17,742 nucleotides of DNA, taken from assembly GCA_038886995.1 (NCBI GenBank), contig JAWALG010000025.1, forward strand, positions 1 through 17,742, written 5' to 3'. The position numbers and the translations under genes are program-made. Under the pieces are notes generated by a model. It did no database searches. It had not been told where the DNA came from and was given only the letters and a program-made list of their open reading frames with translations. Below, piece after piece: positions 1 to 7,370 of this stretch. The DNA comes from Candidatus Iainarchaeum sp. Its GTDB lineage: Archaea; Iainarchaeota; Iainarchaeia; Iainarchaeales; DTGL01. Numbering within the stretch: the first letter of the stretch is position 1; each line of letters opens with the position of its first letter.

Positions 1-234
1 AAGCTGCCTTTAAAATAGTCCGCCCACATGTGTCAAAACACCCTCAAACAATATTCTATGCATATAAATCCGCACAGAAAACCTCAACTCGTACCATTCA
101 TTTATGACGCTTTCTCCGTTTATTTTGTTTAGATATTATTTCTTATAAAATACGATAATATTAAATAACTTTTCTATACTTCTTATGCGTAATATACGTA
201 GGCTAAATATGTTAAACATTTAAGGTAATCCAAA

Positions 235-774
235 ATGAAGAAATGGAAAAAGCTTGTTTTAATTGCAATTCCAACATTTATAATCTTTCTTTTGCTTTTT
301 CTTTGGAGCACTGGTTTCTTTAAACTTTTTGAGCCACCACTTAAAGAAGGTGAATACTATAGGGCATCACCCGAAACATTTGGCAGATTCAAGCTTACTA
401 TAAAGGATTCTTCACTTACACCAAATGAGATCCCTGTGCCCATAGGTCAAATAGTTGGCGTTGTTGTTGCAAATGAGACAAATACAACCCACAGAGTTCT
501 GTTTTTCAAAAAGAAAGGTGACGATGTTAACGCAGTTAAGGAATACTTTCTAAAGCCGGGCGAAGAGAAGCTTATCTATGGCTTTTATTTTGATGTATCT
601 AAGCCAGATATGCCTGAAAAAATAAAGCAGGAAGAGTTCCACACTGTTATGGATAAGTCATTTGTAATTCTTTACGAAGCAGTCAAATGCAAAGCTGGAG
701 AAGAATGCTTTGTTGGTTGTACTACTTGTTATGGACACAGCGTACAGTCAAAAGTGGTTATGAGCAAGCAATAA
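235..774 (+). CDS. Membrane-anchored, exported cupredoxin-like protein with a C-terminal E-CxxxCxxC-x-GH motif (uncharacterised)
   Basis: 179 aa. Basic N-terminus (MKKWKK) followed by one hydrophobic helix. 'LTPNEIPVPIGQIVGVVVANETNTTHRV' and 'FLKPGEEK' resemble cupredoxin strands (F-x-P-x-x-I-x-V-x-x-G..V...N....H and L-x-PGE). C-terminus is ECFVGCTTCYGH. Upstream AGGT may act as an SD. Confidence 0.6.
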   Translation: MKKWKKLVLIAIPTFIIFLLLFLWSTGFFKLFEPPLKEGEYYRASPETFGRFKLTIKDSSLTPNEIPVPIGQIVGVVVANETNTTHRVLFFKKKGDDVNAVKEYFLKPGEEKLIYGFYFDVSKPDMPEKIKQEEFHTVMDKSFVILYEAVKCKAGEECFVGCTTCYGHSVQSKVVMSKQ

Positions 775-811
775 TTAAACACTTTTGTACAAGCAGACTA
801 CCCTTCTACAT

Positions 812-1501
812 TTAGTAAGCTTTTCTATTTTCCAAAATTTTAAATCTTATGAATAATGATTGAAATAATGCTACAAAAGATAAGAACAGGATCGACCCTA
901 GCTTGGGATCGCATTGCAGATTCATAACATCAGTGATTGAGCACATGATGAACTTTATAGAAGCATATAGGCAAATAACAAAGTACATTATTACAAATAG
1001 CAGCAATATTTTTTGGATGCTAACTCTTTTTGCAAAGCAATATATGGATAATAGAAAGACAGTCAACCAGTATAAAAAAGCTTGCCCGGGGCTTACTAAC
1101 GAACCCTCTATAAAAAGCCCAATTGATAAAACAATTCTCTTAACTGATTCCAAATCATATGCATAACCTAGCATGTATCCGCGTCCACCAGAAACGAAAA
1201 AATCTAAAACTGGGACTAGAATAAGAATTGGCACAAAATGAAATATGACTTTTGCTGTTTTGCCAAACTTTTCTTTCGTAAAAATTGACAATATAATTGC
1301 AATTGATAAAAGAACATTGACGTACCATAATGGGTGATGCAAGAGCAACGTATCTATCGGCGGAATCGTTTTATGGTACTCTAGAAGCCCTTCTAGAATA
1401 CCTCTTACAATCAGAAATCCATATACATAAATAACCCAAGCAAATGGCGGCATTCGTATATTTTCCATGTCTTCTATAATCATATGCACTTTTTCAAACA
1501 T
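812..1501 (-). CDS. Uncharacterised polytopic membrane protein (about 6-7 TM), paralog of 5929-6624
   Basis: Multiple hydrophobic segments, with motifs IVRGILE, LVPVLDFFVSGG and SPG. The ATG at 1501 overlaps the archease stop by 8 nt, suggesting translational coupling. Alternative starts are 1510 (ORF track) and 1483. Confidence 0.7.
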   Translation of the reverse strand: MFEKVHMIIEDMENIRMPPFAWVIYVYGFLIVRGILEGLLEYHKTIPPIDTLLLHHPLWYVNVLLSIAIILSIFTKEKFGKTAKVIFHFVPILILVPVLDFFVSGGRGYMLGYAYDLESVKRIVLSIGLFIEGSLVSPGQAFLYWLTVFLLSIYCFAKRVSIQKILLLFVIMYFVICLYASIKFIMCSITDVMNLQCDPKLGSILFLSFVALFQSLFIRFKILENRKAY

Positions 1502-1913
1502 CCAAAACACACTGCGCTATGCACAACCCTTTTTTGTTTGTAATTTTCAGACCTGAGTAAGTTGCACCTTTTACCTCTGTCTTTAAGTTGTGCTTTTTAC
1601 TATCTATTTCCTCTCCAAGAGCAGAACCCTCAAGGATAAACCCACCGCGCTTTTTCTTTATTTTTACCCTAAACTCATTAAAAAGCGCTTTCTCAAGTGC
1701 GGCCTCGCTTAGAAGCCCATTAAGCCAGGAAATAAAAAGTTCCTCCAAGCTTTCGGCCTCAATTTTTACCTTAATTTCGCCAACTGCTTTTACATCTTCG
1801 AGGTCAACCATTACGCTGAACATCGCTTTTGCAGCTTCACAAAAGGCCTCTTCAATCGTTTTTCCAATGCCTTTTATGCCAACATCTGCCTTGTGCGGAA
1901 AAACCTCGAACAT
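1494..1913 (-). CDS. Archease (RtcB RNA-ligase cofactor family)
   Basis: 139 aa with family motifs FE-x-x-x-H-x-AD-x-G at the N-terminus, LEELF-x-x-WL-x-x-L, EVKGATY and a terminal LDV. Confidence 0.93.
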   Translation of the reverse strand: MFEVFPHKADVGIKGIGKTIEEAFCEAAKAMFSVMVDLEDVKAVGEIKVKIEAESLEELFISWLNGLLSEAALEKALFNEFRVKIKKKRGGFILEGSALGEEIDSKKHNLKTEVKGATYSGLKITNKKGLCIAQCVLDV

Positions 1914-2000
1914 TTTAGCATCAACCTTATAAATTCTTGGTCAGCTCCAAAAAAATACCTGTTGGAATAATCTTAAATCTTGTTTGGCTAAAAGCCACTC

Positions 2001-2016
2001 AGAAATCCTTTTAATT
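2001..2016 (+). promoter_or_regulatory. Putative BRE/TATA promoter of ilvE (leaderless transcript)
   Basis: AGAAA followed by TTTTAATT (2009-2016), about 25 nt upstream of the ATG at 2042. No SD visible. Confidence 0.5.
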
Positions 2017-2041
2017 ATTGCGTGCATTAAAAATTTAGCTT

Positions 2042-2956
2042 ATGCCAATTGCTGAAGCAAAGAAAGTCTGGTTTAACGGAAAGCTTGTCAATTGGAATGA
2101 AGCAAAAATACATGTTCTTACGCATGCCTTGCATTATGGCTCTGGCGTTTTTGAGGGCATTAGATGCTACAAAACCAAGAAAGGGCCCGCAGTTTTCAGG
2201 TTAAAGGAGCATGTGAAACGCCTCTTTTGCTCTGCAAAAATATACGCTATGAAAATTCCTTATACAGAAGAGGCGCTAAGGAGAGCAGTTAAGGAAACAA
2301 TTGCCTCAAATAACCTAGAAGAATGCTATATACGCCCCATAGTTTACCGTGGTTATGGGGAGATGGGCATAAACCCACTTAAATGCCCTGTGGAAATAGC
2401 CATATGCTGTTGGCCTTGGGGTGCATACTTAGGTGAAGAAGCGCTTAAGCATGGAATCAAAGCGAAGATATCCTCTTTCCAGAGAATTGCCAGCAACGCT
2501 TGCCCACCAAATGCAAAGACAACAGGACAATATCTTAATTCAATCCTCGCAAAGATCGAAGCTTTGCGTTGCGGTTGTGAAGAGGCAATAATGCTCGACT
2601 CTCGTGGTTTTATCTCAGAAGGAACTGGTGAGAATATATTTATCGTAAAGGATTCAGTGCTCTACACACCGCCTTTACATGCAAGCATTCTGCCTGGCAT
2701 AACTAGGGATAGCATCATTAAGATTGCAAGAGAACTCAGCTATGAAGTCAGAGAGGAAGATATCACAAGAGGAATGCTTTATGCTGCAGATGAGGCCTTT
2801 GTTACTGGCACAGCAGCCGAAGTAACGCCAATAAGAGAAGTTGATGGTATTGAAATAGGCGATCCGGGGGAAATAACAAAAAAACTTCAAAAGAAATATT
2901 TTGATATTGTGCATGGAAAGGACAATAAATACTTTAAGTGGCTTGACTTTTTGTAA
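2042..2956 (+). CDS. ilvE: Branched-chain amino acid aminotransferase (PLP fold type IV)
   Basis: 304 aa with motifs [22 protein letters not shown]-x-x-GQY-x-NS (PLP lysine), [14 protein letters not shown] and GTAAEVTP. Confidence 0.95.
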   Translation: MPIAEAKKVWFNGKLVNWNEAKIHVLTHALHYGSGVFEGIRCYKTKKGPAVFRLKEHVKRLFCSAKIYAMKIPYTEEALRRAVKETIASNNLEECYIRPIVYRGYGEMGINPLKCPVEIAICCWPWGAYLGEEALKHGIKAKISSFQRIASNACPPNAKTTGQYLNSILAKIEALRCGCEEAIMLDSRGFISEGTGENIFIVKDSVLYTPPLHASILPGITRDSIIKIARELSYEVREEDITRGMLYAADEAFVTGTAAEVTPIREVDGIEIGDPGEITKKLQKKYFDIVHGKDNKYFKWLDFL

Positions 2957-2975
2957 AGTCCTTGCTATCTGCAAA

Positions 2976-3431
2976 CTATTGCATTCTCTTTTCTTCAATT
3001 GCCATTATCTTACTTACTCTTCTTTCGTGCCTTTCGCCAAGAAAGCTTGAACTAAGAAAAGATTCAATTGCTTTCTTCGCTTCTTCAGTGCTAGTAACTC
3101 TTGCACCAATGCAAATAACATTAGCGTTATTGTGCTCCCTCGCAGCTTTCCCAGTAAACTCATTATGTATAAGCGCAGCCCTGATGCCCCTTACTTTATT
3201 TGCTGTAATGCACATTCCAATTCCAGTTCCACAGATGAAAATACCAACGCTGTTTTTTCGCTTAACAACTTCAAAGGCACCTTTTTCCGCATAGTCCGGA
3301 TAATCGCAACTTTCCTCAGAAAAGCAGCCGACATCTTTTACTTTGTATCCCCTCTCTTTGAGCCAATCACGTATGATCTCCTTTAGACAAAAGCCAGCAT
3401 GGTCTGATGCAAGAATTATGTTCTCTTTCAT
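2976..3431 (-). CDS. rpiB: Ribose-5-phosphate isomerase B
   Basis: Motifs ASDHAGF, DYPDYA, ICGTGIGM, ANKVRGIRAA, AREHNNANV and RHERR. The ATG at 3431 overlaps the upstream stop (ATGA); the ORF track starts at 3437. Confidence 0.95.
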   Translation of the reverse strand: MKENIILASDHAGFCLKEIIRDWLKERGYKVKDVGCFSEESCDYPDYAEKGAFEVVKRKNSVGIFICGTGIGMCITANKVRGIRAALIHNEFTGKAAREHNNANVICIGARVTSTEEAKKAIESFLSSSFLGERHERRVSKIMAIEEKRMQ

Positions 3432-4975
3432 TTGCAAGCCCCTTTAAACACATCTTTCTTAAAGTAGGCATACATCTCCATTCCAGGCCTTAGGGATATT
3501 TCGTCTTGGCAAAATCTTTCTTTTTCCGAAACTGAAATTTTATAGTCATAAATCTTTTCCACTAAAACAAAATCATAGAAAGATATTTCAAGAGATGAGA
3601 GGGTTTCGCCATCGTAATAAGATGTGTTGTAGCGTTTTAGAAGCCATGGCAAAGGCCAAGTGCTCTGGCTACTTATGACAGCAATGCTCAAGTCGTTTCT
3701 TCCAATTGCCTCAAGTTTTTTTAGGGCTTGCGTTGTACTAAACTTTGTTTGTACATACGCTAACTTGTTTTCTTCGCTCTCAGATTCCACTGTACTAAGC
3801 AAAAGAGATTGGTATAAAGTATACAGAACAACAGCGCAGATCAAGACAATGAATGCAATCTTAACTGCCTTTATCTTTGGAAGCGTTTTGTAGATCTCCT
3901 CTACGCTGTAACCGGCAAGAATTGCCAACGGCGGCAATGCCGTAATTAAACCCCAAGGAACCTTATACTTTGGCACTGATGCACCAACAATGAAGAAAAT
4001 GAAAAATGCAGCAAAGGCCAACATTGTGTTGTTTTGCCTGTAAAAAGCAATAATAAACCCCACAATTGCCAAAAAAAACATTGCAATCTCCGAAAAAATA
4101 ATCAAAGTAAAATAGTAATCTTCCGGCTTTTCATGCCCGCTTTGCCCAGTCATCCTTTCACTCCATACAAAAGGCGACTTAAAGGCATCAATAGCACCGC
4201 GCATGTTAGCGAAAAGTGAAGTAAAAAGCGTAACAAATATTGAAGCAAAAATAATTATGGATATGATAGTCATCAATACTATTTTGTTGTATAGCTTTGG
4301 ATTCAAGTGAATTTTTTTCTCGCAAGCATTCGCAAGAAAAACAAAGAAAGCTATTGCTGCAATAGCTGGGGCTGTAAGGAATGAGGCCTCTTTTGTTGTA
4401 AAAGTTAGTGCCAAAAAGGCAACACCGGCGTAAAGGTATCTTTCCCTAAAGCTTTCAGCAAATTTTAATAAGAGGCAAAGGCCACCAAATGCAAAAAAAG
4501 CAAAGAAATACTCATGTATTGCATCTAGGGAATAATAAAGAAGTGCAGGTGAAAATAATAGGAAAAAGCAAGCAACAATAGAGCCAATATTACCAAGGTT
4601 CTTTCTAAAAAGAAGTACAAACAAACCAATAAAAGCACCAAGTAATGCAGGTACTAACCTCATTGCAAATATATTTTCACCAAAGATAAGAACGGAAAGT
4701 GCCATCATGTAAAAAGGCGCTGGCCCATGGTAATTTTCATAATCATAGCGCCATGTGCTGTTGTTTTTAATTGCACATAACAACCAAAATTCGCCTTTGG
4801 CAACGCATTGGTCATAGCCAATTTTATCAAATGTTAGGATCTGAGCCACGAAATAGCCATTTACACCTTCGTCATGATGAACAGGCCTTACCTCAATTAT
4901 TGCTAGGCGAGCTATCAAGCCACAAAGGATGATTATAGAAAAAATGGCTAAGAAGGCAAATTTGTGCCCTTGCAT
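3428..4975 (-). CDS. GT-C fold (PMT_2-like) membrane glycosyltransferase, TIGR03663/Agl23-like
   Basis: 515 aa with about 11-13 TM segments. Motifs RP-x-HHDEG, YHGP, RLVPA, TTKE, YK-x-PW, AYVQT and WPLPW are typical of the TIGR03663 'flippase activity-associated' family. Confidence 0.8.
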   Translation of the reverse strand: MQGHKFAFLAIFSIIILCGLIARLAIIEVRPVHHDEGVNGYFVAQILTFDKIGYDQCVAKGEFWLLCAIKNNSTWRYDYENYHGPAPFYMMALSVLIFGENIFAMRLVPALLGAFIGLFVLLFRKNLGNIGSIVACFFLLFSPALLYYSLDAIHEYFFAFFAFGGLCLLLKFAESFRERYLYAGVAFLALTFTTKEASFLTAPAIAAIAFFVFLANACEKKIHLNPKLYNKIVLMTIISIIIFASIFVTLFTSLFANMRGAIDAFKSPFVWSERMTGQSGHEKPEDYYFTLIIFSEIAMFFLAIVGFIIAFYRQNNTMLAFAAFFIFFIVGASVPKYKVPWGLITALPPLAILAGYSVEEIYKTLPKIKAVKIAFIVLICAVVLYTLYQSLLLSTVESESEENKLAYVQTKFSTTQALKKLEAIGRNDLSIAVISSQSTWPLPWLLKRYNTSYYDGETLSSLEISFYDFVLVEKIYDYKISVSEKERFCQDEISLRPGMEMYAYFKKDVFKGACK

Positions 4976-4997
4976 GCTTCCTTTATGGGAAATTATT

Positions 4998-5056
4998 TAT
5001 TTAAACATATCACGAAGTTTGCATAACATTCCAAAGAAATAATCTTATTTTAAATT
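4998..5056. promoter_or_regulatory. Divergent TATA boxes for the GT-C gene (-) and the UbiA gene (+)
   Basis: Minus-strand TTTAAATA at 4998-5005 is 22 nt from the ATG at 4975. Plus-strand TTTAAATT at 5049-5056 is 22 nt from the ATG at 5079. Both fit leaderless archaeal promoter geometry. Confidence 0.5.
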
Positions 5057-5078
5057 AAATTGTTATTATTATATTGAA

Positions 5079-5915
5079 ATGAGAAAAAAAATTTTGGCCT
5101 ATCTGATGCTTTACCGTGCTGATGTCGCATTTATTTCTTTTTTCTGTTACTTGTTGGGTGCACTTTTTGCAGATGGGTTAGAAACTTTAGACCTTTTGGT
5201 TGCCTTTTTGGTTTCAATTATATCTCTTAATTTTGTTTATTGCATTAACTCTTGGGCTGATGCCCAGATTGATAAAATAAACAAGCCAAACAGACCAATG
5301 GCGAAAGGTATAATTAAGCCAAAAGACGCGCTGGCTTACTGTTCGCTTCTTTTAGCTCTTTCTTTACTGTGGCCTTACTCAGTTTTTGGTTTGTCTTGGC
5401 ATGCGCATATTTTTTTGGTTTTTCCAATTGGCGGGCTGTTGTATTCAGTTGAACCTTTCCGCTTTAAAAGAAACCATATTCTTTCGCTTTTGCTTGCGTC
5501 AATTGTGCTAATTTTACCACTCTCCTCAGGTTACTTAGTTAATAGAGGTAGTCAAACAAATGTGCCCTACATATTTTCAATTTTTTTATACGCTTTGGCT
5601 ATTTTGCCACTGAAAGATATTGAGGATGTAAAAGGAGATTCTGCTTTCCACTGCAAGAATTGGTTTGCGCTTTTGGGTAGACAAAAATTGCTTTTTTACT
5701 CTTTAGCCGTTTTGCTTTTGAATTTATGCGCCACTCTTCTGATGCCAGCAACCAAGGCTAAAATTTATGTATCAGTTCTAATTATCGGCACCATGATCAT
5801 AGTTGCTCATTTCTTTTTTAGACAAAAATCAGATATACGGCTTCTTTATAGGCAGATAATATCATTTGTAATGGCTTATGTGTTTATTTCATTTGCATCG
5901 TTTTATTTTTTATGA
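5079..5915 (+). CDS. UbiA-family prenyltransferase (DGGGP-synthase-like motifs)
   Basis: 278 aa polytopic protein with two Asp-rich motifs, N-x-x-x-D-x-x-ID-x-INKP-x-RP and KDIEDV-x-GD, plus LYS-x-x-PFRFK. Confidence 0.88.
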   Translation: MRKKILAYLMLYRADVAFISFFCYLLGALFADGLETLDLLVAFLVSIISLNFVYCINSWADAQIDKINKPNRPMAKGIIKPKDALAYCSLLLALSLLWPYSVFGLSWHAHIFLVFPIGGLLYSVEPFRFKRNHILSLLLASIVLILPLSSGYLVNRGSQTNVPYIFSIFLYALAILPLKDIEDVKGDSAFHCKNWFALLGRQKLLFYSLAVLLLNLCATLLMPATKAKIYVSVLIIGTMIIVAHFFFRQKSDIRLLYRQIISFVMAYVFISFASFYFL

Positions 5916-5928
5916 GAAAGTGTGCTCT

Positions 5929-6624
5929 ATGAGTGAAAAAAAGCTAATAAAGAACTTTTTTGTTAGATTGATCGTGCTCATATTTTTACTTGGTTTTATT
6001 GGTCTTATCAGAAATGCCCTTGAAATTGCACTCGGAATCCGTGTAAACCAAAAATGGTATTCCTTTGATTTAGACATTAATCTCACAATGTTCATAGGTC
6101 CGATATACCTTTGCTTCTTCGGAGCTTTTATACTTCATTTTCTTTCAAAAAAACTTGGCGAATCAACCCCCTATAGAAAGATTTTTTCATACACTCTGTA
6201 CTTACAGCTTCTGCACTTAGCAATTCCTTTTTTGGATTTCCTTGGCTTCAAATTTAGGATTCCATTCCTTTTCGTTATGCCATTTCCATACATTGAATCT
6301 TACTTTACCCCGGCACTGACTATGAGTTTTGGAATAATTTTTGCTTGGATCTTCACTGCCTTTACAATGGCCTTTATTTTCATTAAGGTGTTTAAGACAA
6401 AAATTTGCAAAAGTATAATTATATTGACAATATCCTTTGCCACTATCTACTTTCCAACCTATCACCTATTTCCCACATTTAATACGCTCTTCAATTCTCT
6501 TTTTTTGCCAGACATGCATTGGTCAAAGGCCTTTTACGGTTATGCAATATTCTTTTTGTTATGCTCTCTTATTGGAATTAGGTATTTTTTGATTATGCAA
6601 AAAAAGAAGAGTAATAATAAGTGA
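5929..6624 (+). CDS. Uncharacterised polytopic membrane protein, paralog of 812-1501
   Basis: Likely start is the ATG at 5929 (MSEKK), 13 nt after the UbiA stop; the ORF track starts at 5878. About 6-7 TM segments, with motifs LIRNALE and AIPFLDFL. Confidence 0.7.
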   Translation: MSEKKLIKNFFVRLIVLIFLLGFIGLIRNALEIALGIRVNQKWYSFDLDINLTMFIGPIYLCFFGAFILHFLSKKLGESTPYRKIFSYTLYLQLLHLAIPFLDFLGFKFRIPFLFVMPFPYIESYFTPALTMSFGIIFAWIFTAFTMAFIFIKVFKTKICKSIIILTISFATIYFPTYHLFPTFNTLFNSLFLPDMHWSKAFYGYAIFFLLCSLIGIRYFLIMQKKKSNNK

Positions 6625-6636
6625 GGTTATTGTTTT

Positions 6637-6954
6637 TTGTTTTCTCTTCTCACAACCCAAACAACGAAAAAGGCAAGTAAAGATCAAAAGCAACATTACA
6701 TCATAGAGCAGTGTGCCGTTAATGGGGAATACGACTTTAGTTCTTCAGCATGGGAATTTTTAATAAAACCTGGCGAAATAGTATCTGCAATAGGTTTTTA
6801 TAAACCCCCAAAAGAGTTGGGAAAAAAGCCAATATATATGAAAGCGCTAACAAATGGAGCCCTCGTTTCCACACCAAATTCAAATGAGTGTATGCTTTTT
6901 TGTAAAAGCTGTAACTATGACTATAGGTCTGTAAAGATTACATTAGAGAGCTGA
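6637..6954 (+). pseudogene. N-terminally truncated paralog of the 235-774 cupredoxin-like/CxxxCxxC protein (remnant, short gene or readthrough extension)
   Basis: By-eye alignment: KDQKQHYII~NETNTTHRVL, EFLIKPGEIVSAIGFY~EYFLKPGEEKLIYGFY, NECMLFCKSC~EECFVGCTTC. It lacks the signal anchor and first strands, and has a weak TTG start inside a T-tract. Confidence 0.5.
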
Positions 6955-6973
6955 AGTTACAGGATAAGAGCTA

Positions 6974-6991
6974 AGAGAAGGAAAAAAATAA
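6974..6991 (-). terminator. Oligo-U terminator candidate after rpsJ
   Basis: Minus strand reads TTATTTTTTTCCTTCTCT about 10 nt after the S10 stop, in a convergent intergenic gap. Confidence 0.45.
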
Positions 6992-7000
6992 TGGCTTACG

Positions 7001-7309
7001 TTACCCCATCAATTCTATTTCCATGTGCACTTTATCAGGGATTTCGATGTGCATTATTCTGCGCAAGGTGCGCTCATCCGATTGTATGTCAATAAGCCTT
7101 TTATGAATCCGCATCTGCCATCGCTCGTATGTCTTTGAGCCGCCCGCTGACATTCCTCTGCGTGTGGCAATCTCAATTTGCTTTGTTGGCAGTGGCACAG
7201 GTCCGGAGTATTTTGCTCCGGTGCGCTTAGCAATGTCTACTATACTGCTGCTCACTTCTTCCAAGACCTTGTAGTCAGGGCTTGAAAGCCTTATGCGCGC
7301 TTTTTGCAT
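7001..7309 (-). CDS. rpsJ: 30S ribosomal protein S10 (uS10)
   Basis: MQKARIRL...SGPVPLPTK...WQMRIHKRLIDI. The true start is the ATG at 7309 (102 aa) with GTGGT upstream; the ORF-track extension to 7360 is spurious. Confidence 0.96.
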   Translation of the reverse strand: MQKARIRLSSPDYKVLEEVSSSIVDIAKRTGAKYSGPVPLPTKQIEIATRRGMSAGGSKTYERWQMRIHKRLIDIQSDERTLRRIMHIEIPDKVHMEIELMG

Positions 7310-7322
7310 TTTTACCACTGCT

Positions 7323-7359
7323 AAAACAAAAAATAAAAAAATAAAGGGCATTACGCCCA
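7323..7359 (-). terminator. Hairpin plus long U-tract between tuf and rpsJ
   Basis: Minus strand GGGCG-TAA-TGCCC (one G-U pair) is immediately followed by TTTATTTTTTTATTTTTTGTTTT. Confidence 0.6.
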
Positions 7360-7370
7360 ATCTTCAATAT

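Noticed and set aside
1-29. Possible start of a minus-strand gene (ATG at 29, MWADYFKGS...) preceded by GAGGGTG
   Set aside because: Only 9 codons are visible at the window edge, which is too little to support a call.
100-234. Short palindromes in the AT-rich leader (e.g. ATGTT-A-AACAT at about 209-219) and a possible CRISPR leader
   Set aside because: Such palindromes are expected by chance in AT-rich DNA, and no repeat-spacer array occurs in the window.
706-729. Radical SAM enzyme call based on CxxxCxxC
   Set aside because: The motif is C-terminal in a small exported protein with no room for a radical-SAM barrel.
6622-6624. TGA as selenocysteine or a genome-wide recoded codon
   Set aside because: TGA ends conserved genes at their expected C-termini (archease, EF-2), no SECIS-like hairpin is visible after 6954, and the context is not a redox motif.
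6955-7000. tRNA-Ser often found downstream of archaeal rpsJ
   Set aside because: The gap is only 46 nt and shows no cloverleaf or T-loop motif.
7310-7360. Hydrophobic N-terminal extension of S10 in the ORF track
   Set aside because: It is the translated U-tract of the terminator-like element; the real start MQKARI has its own SD-like sequence.
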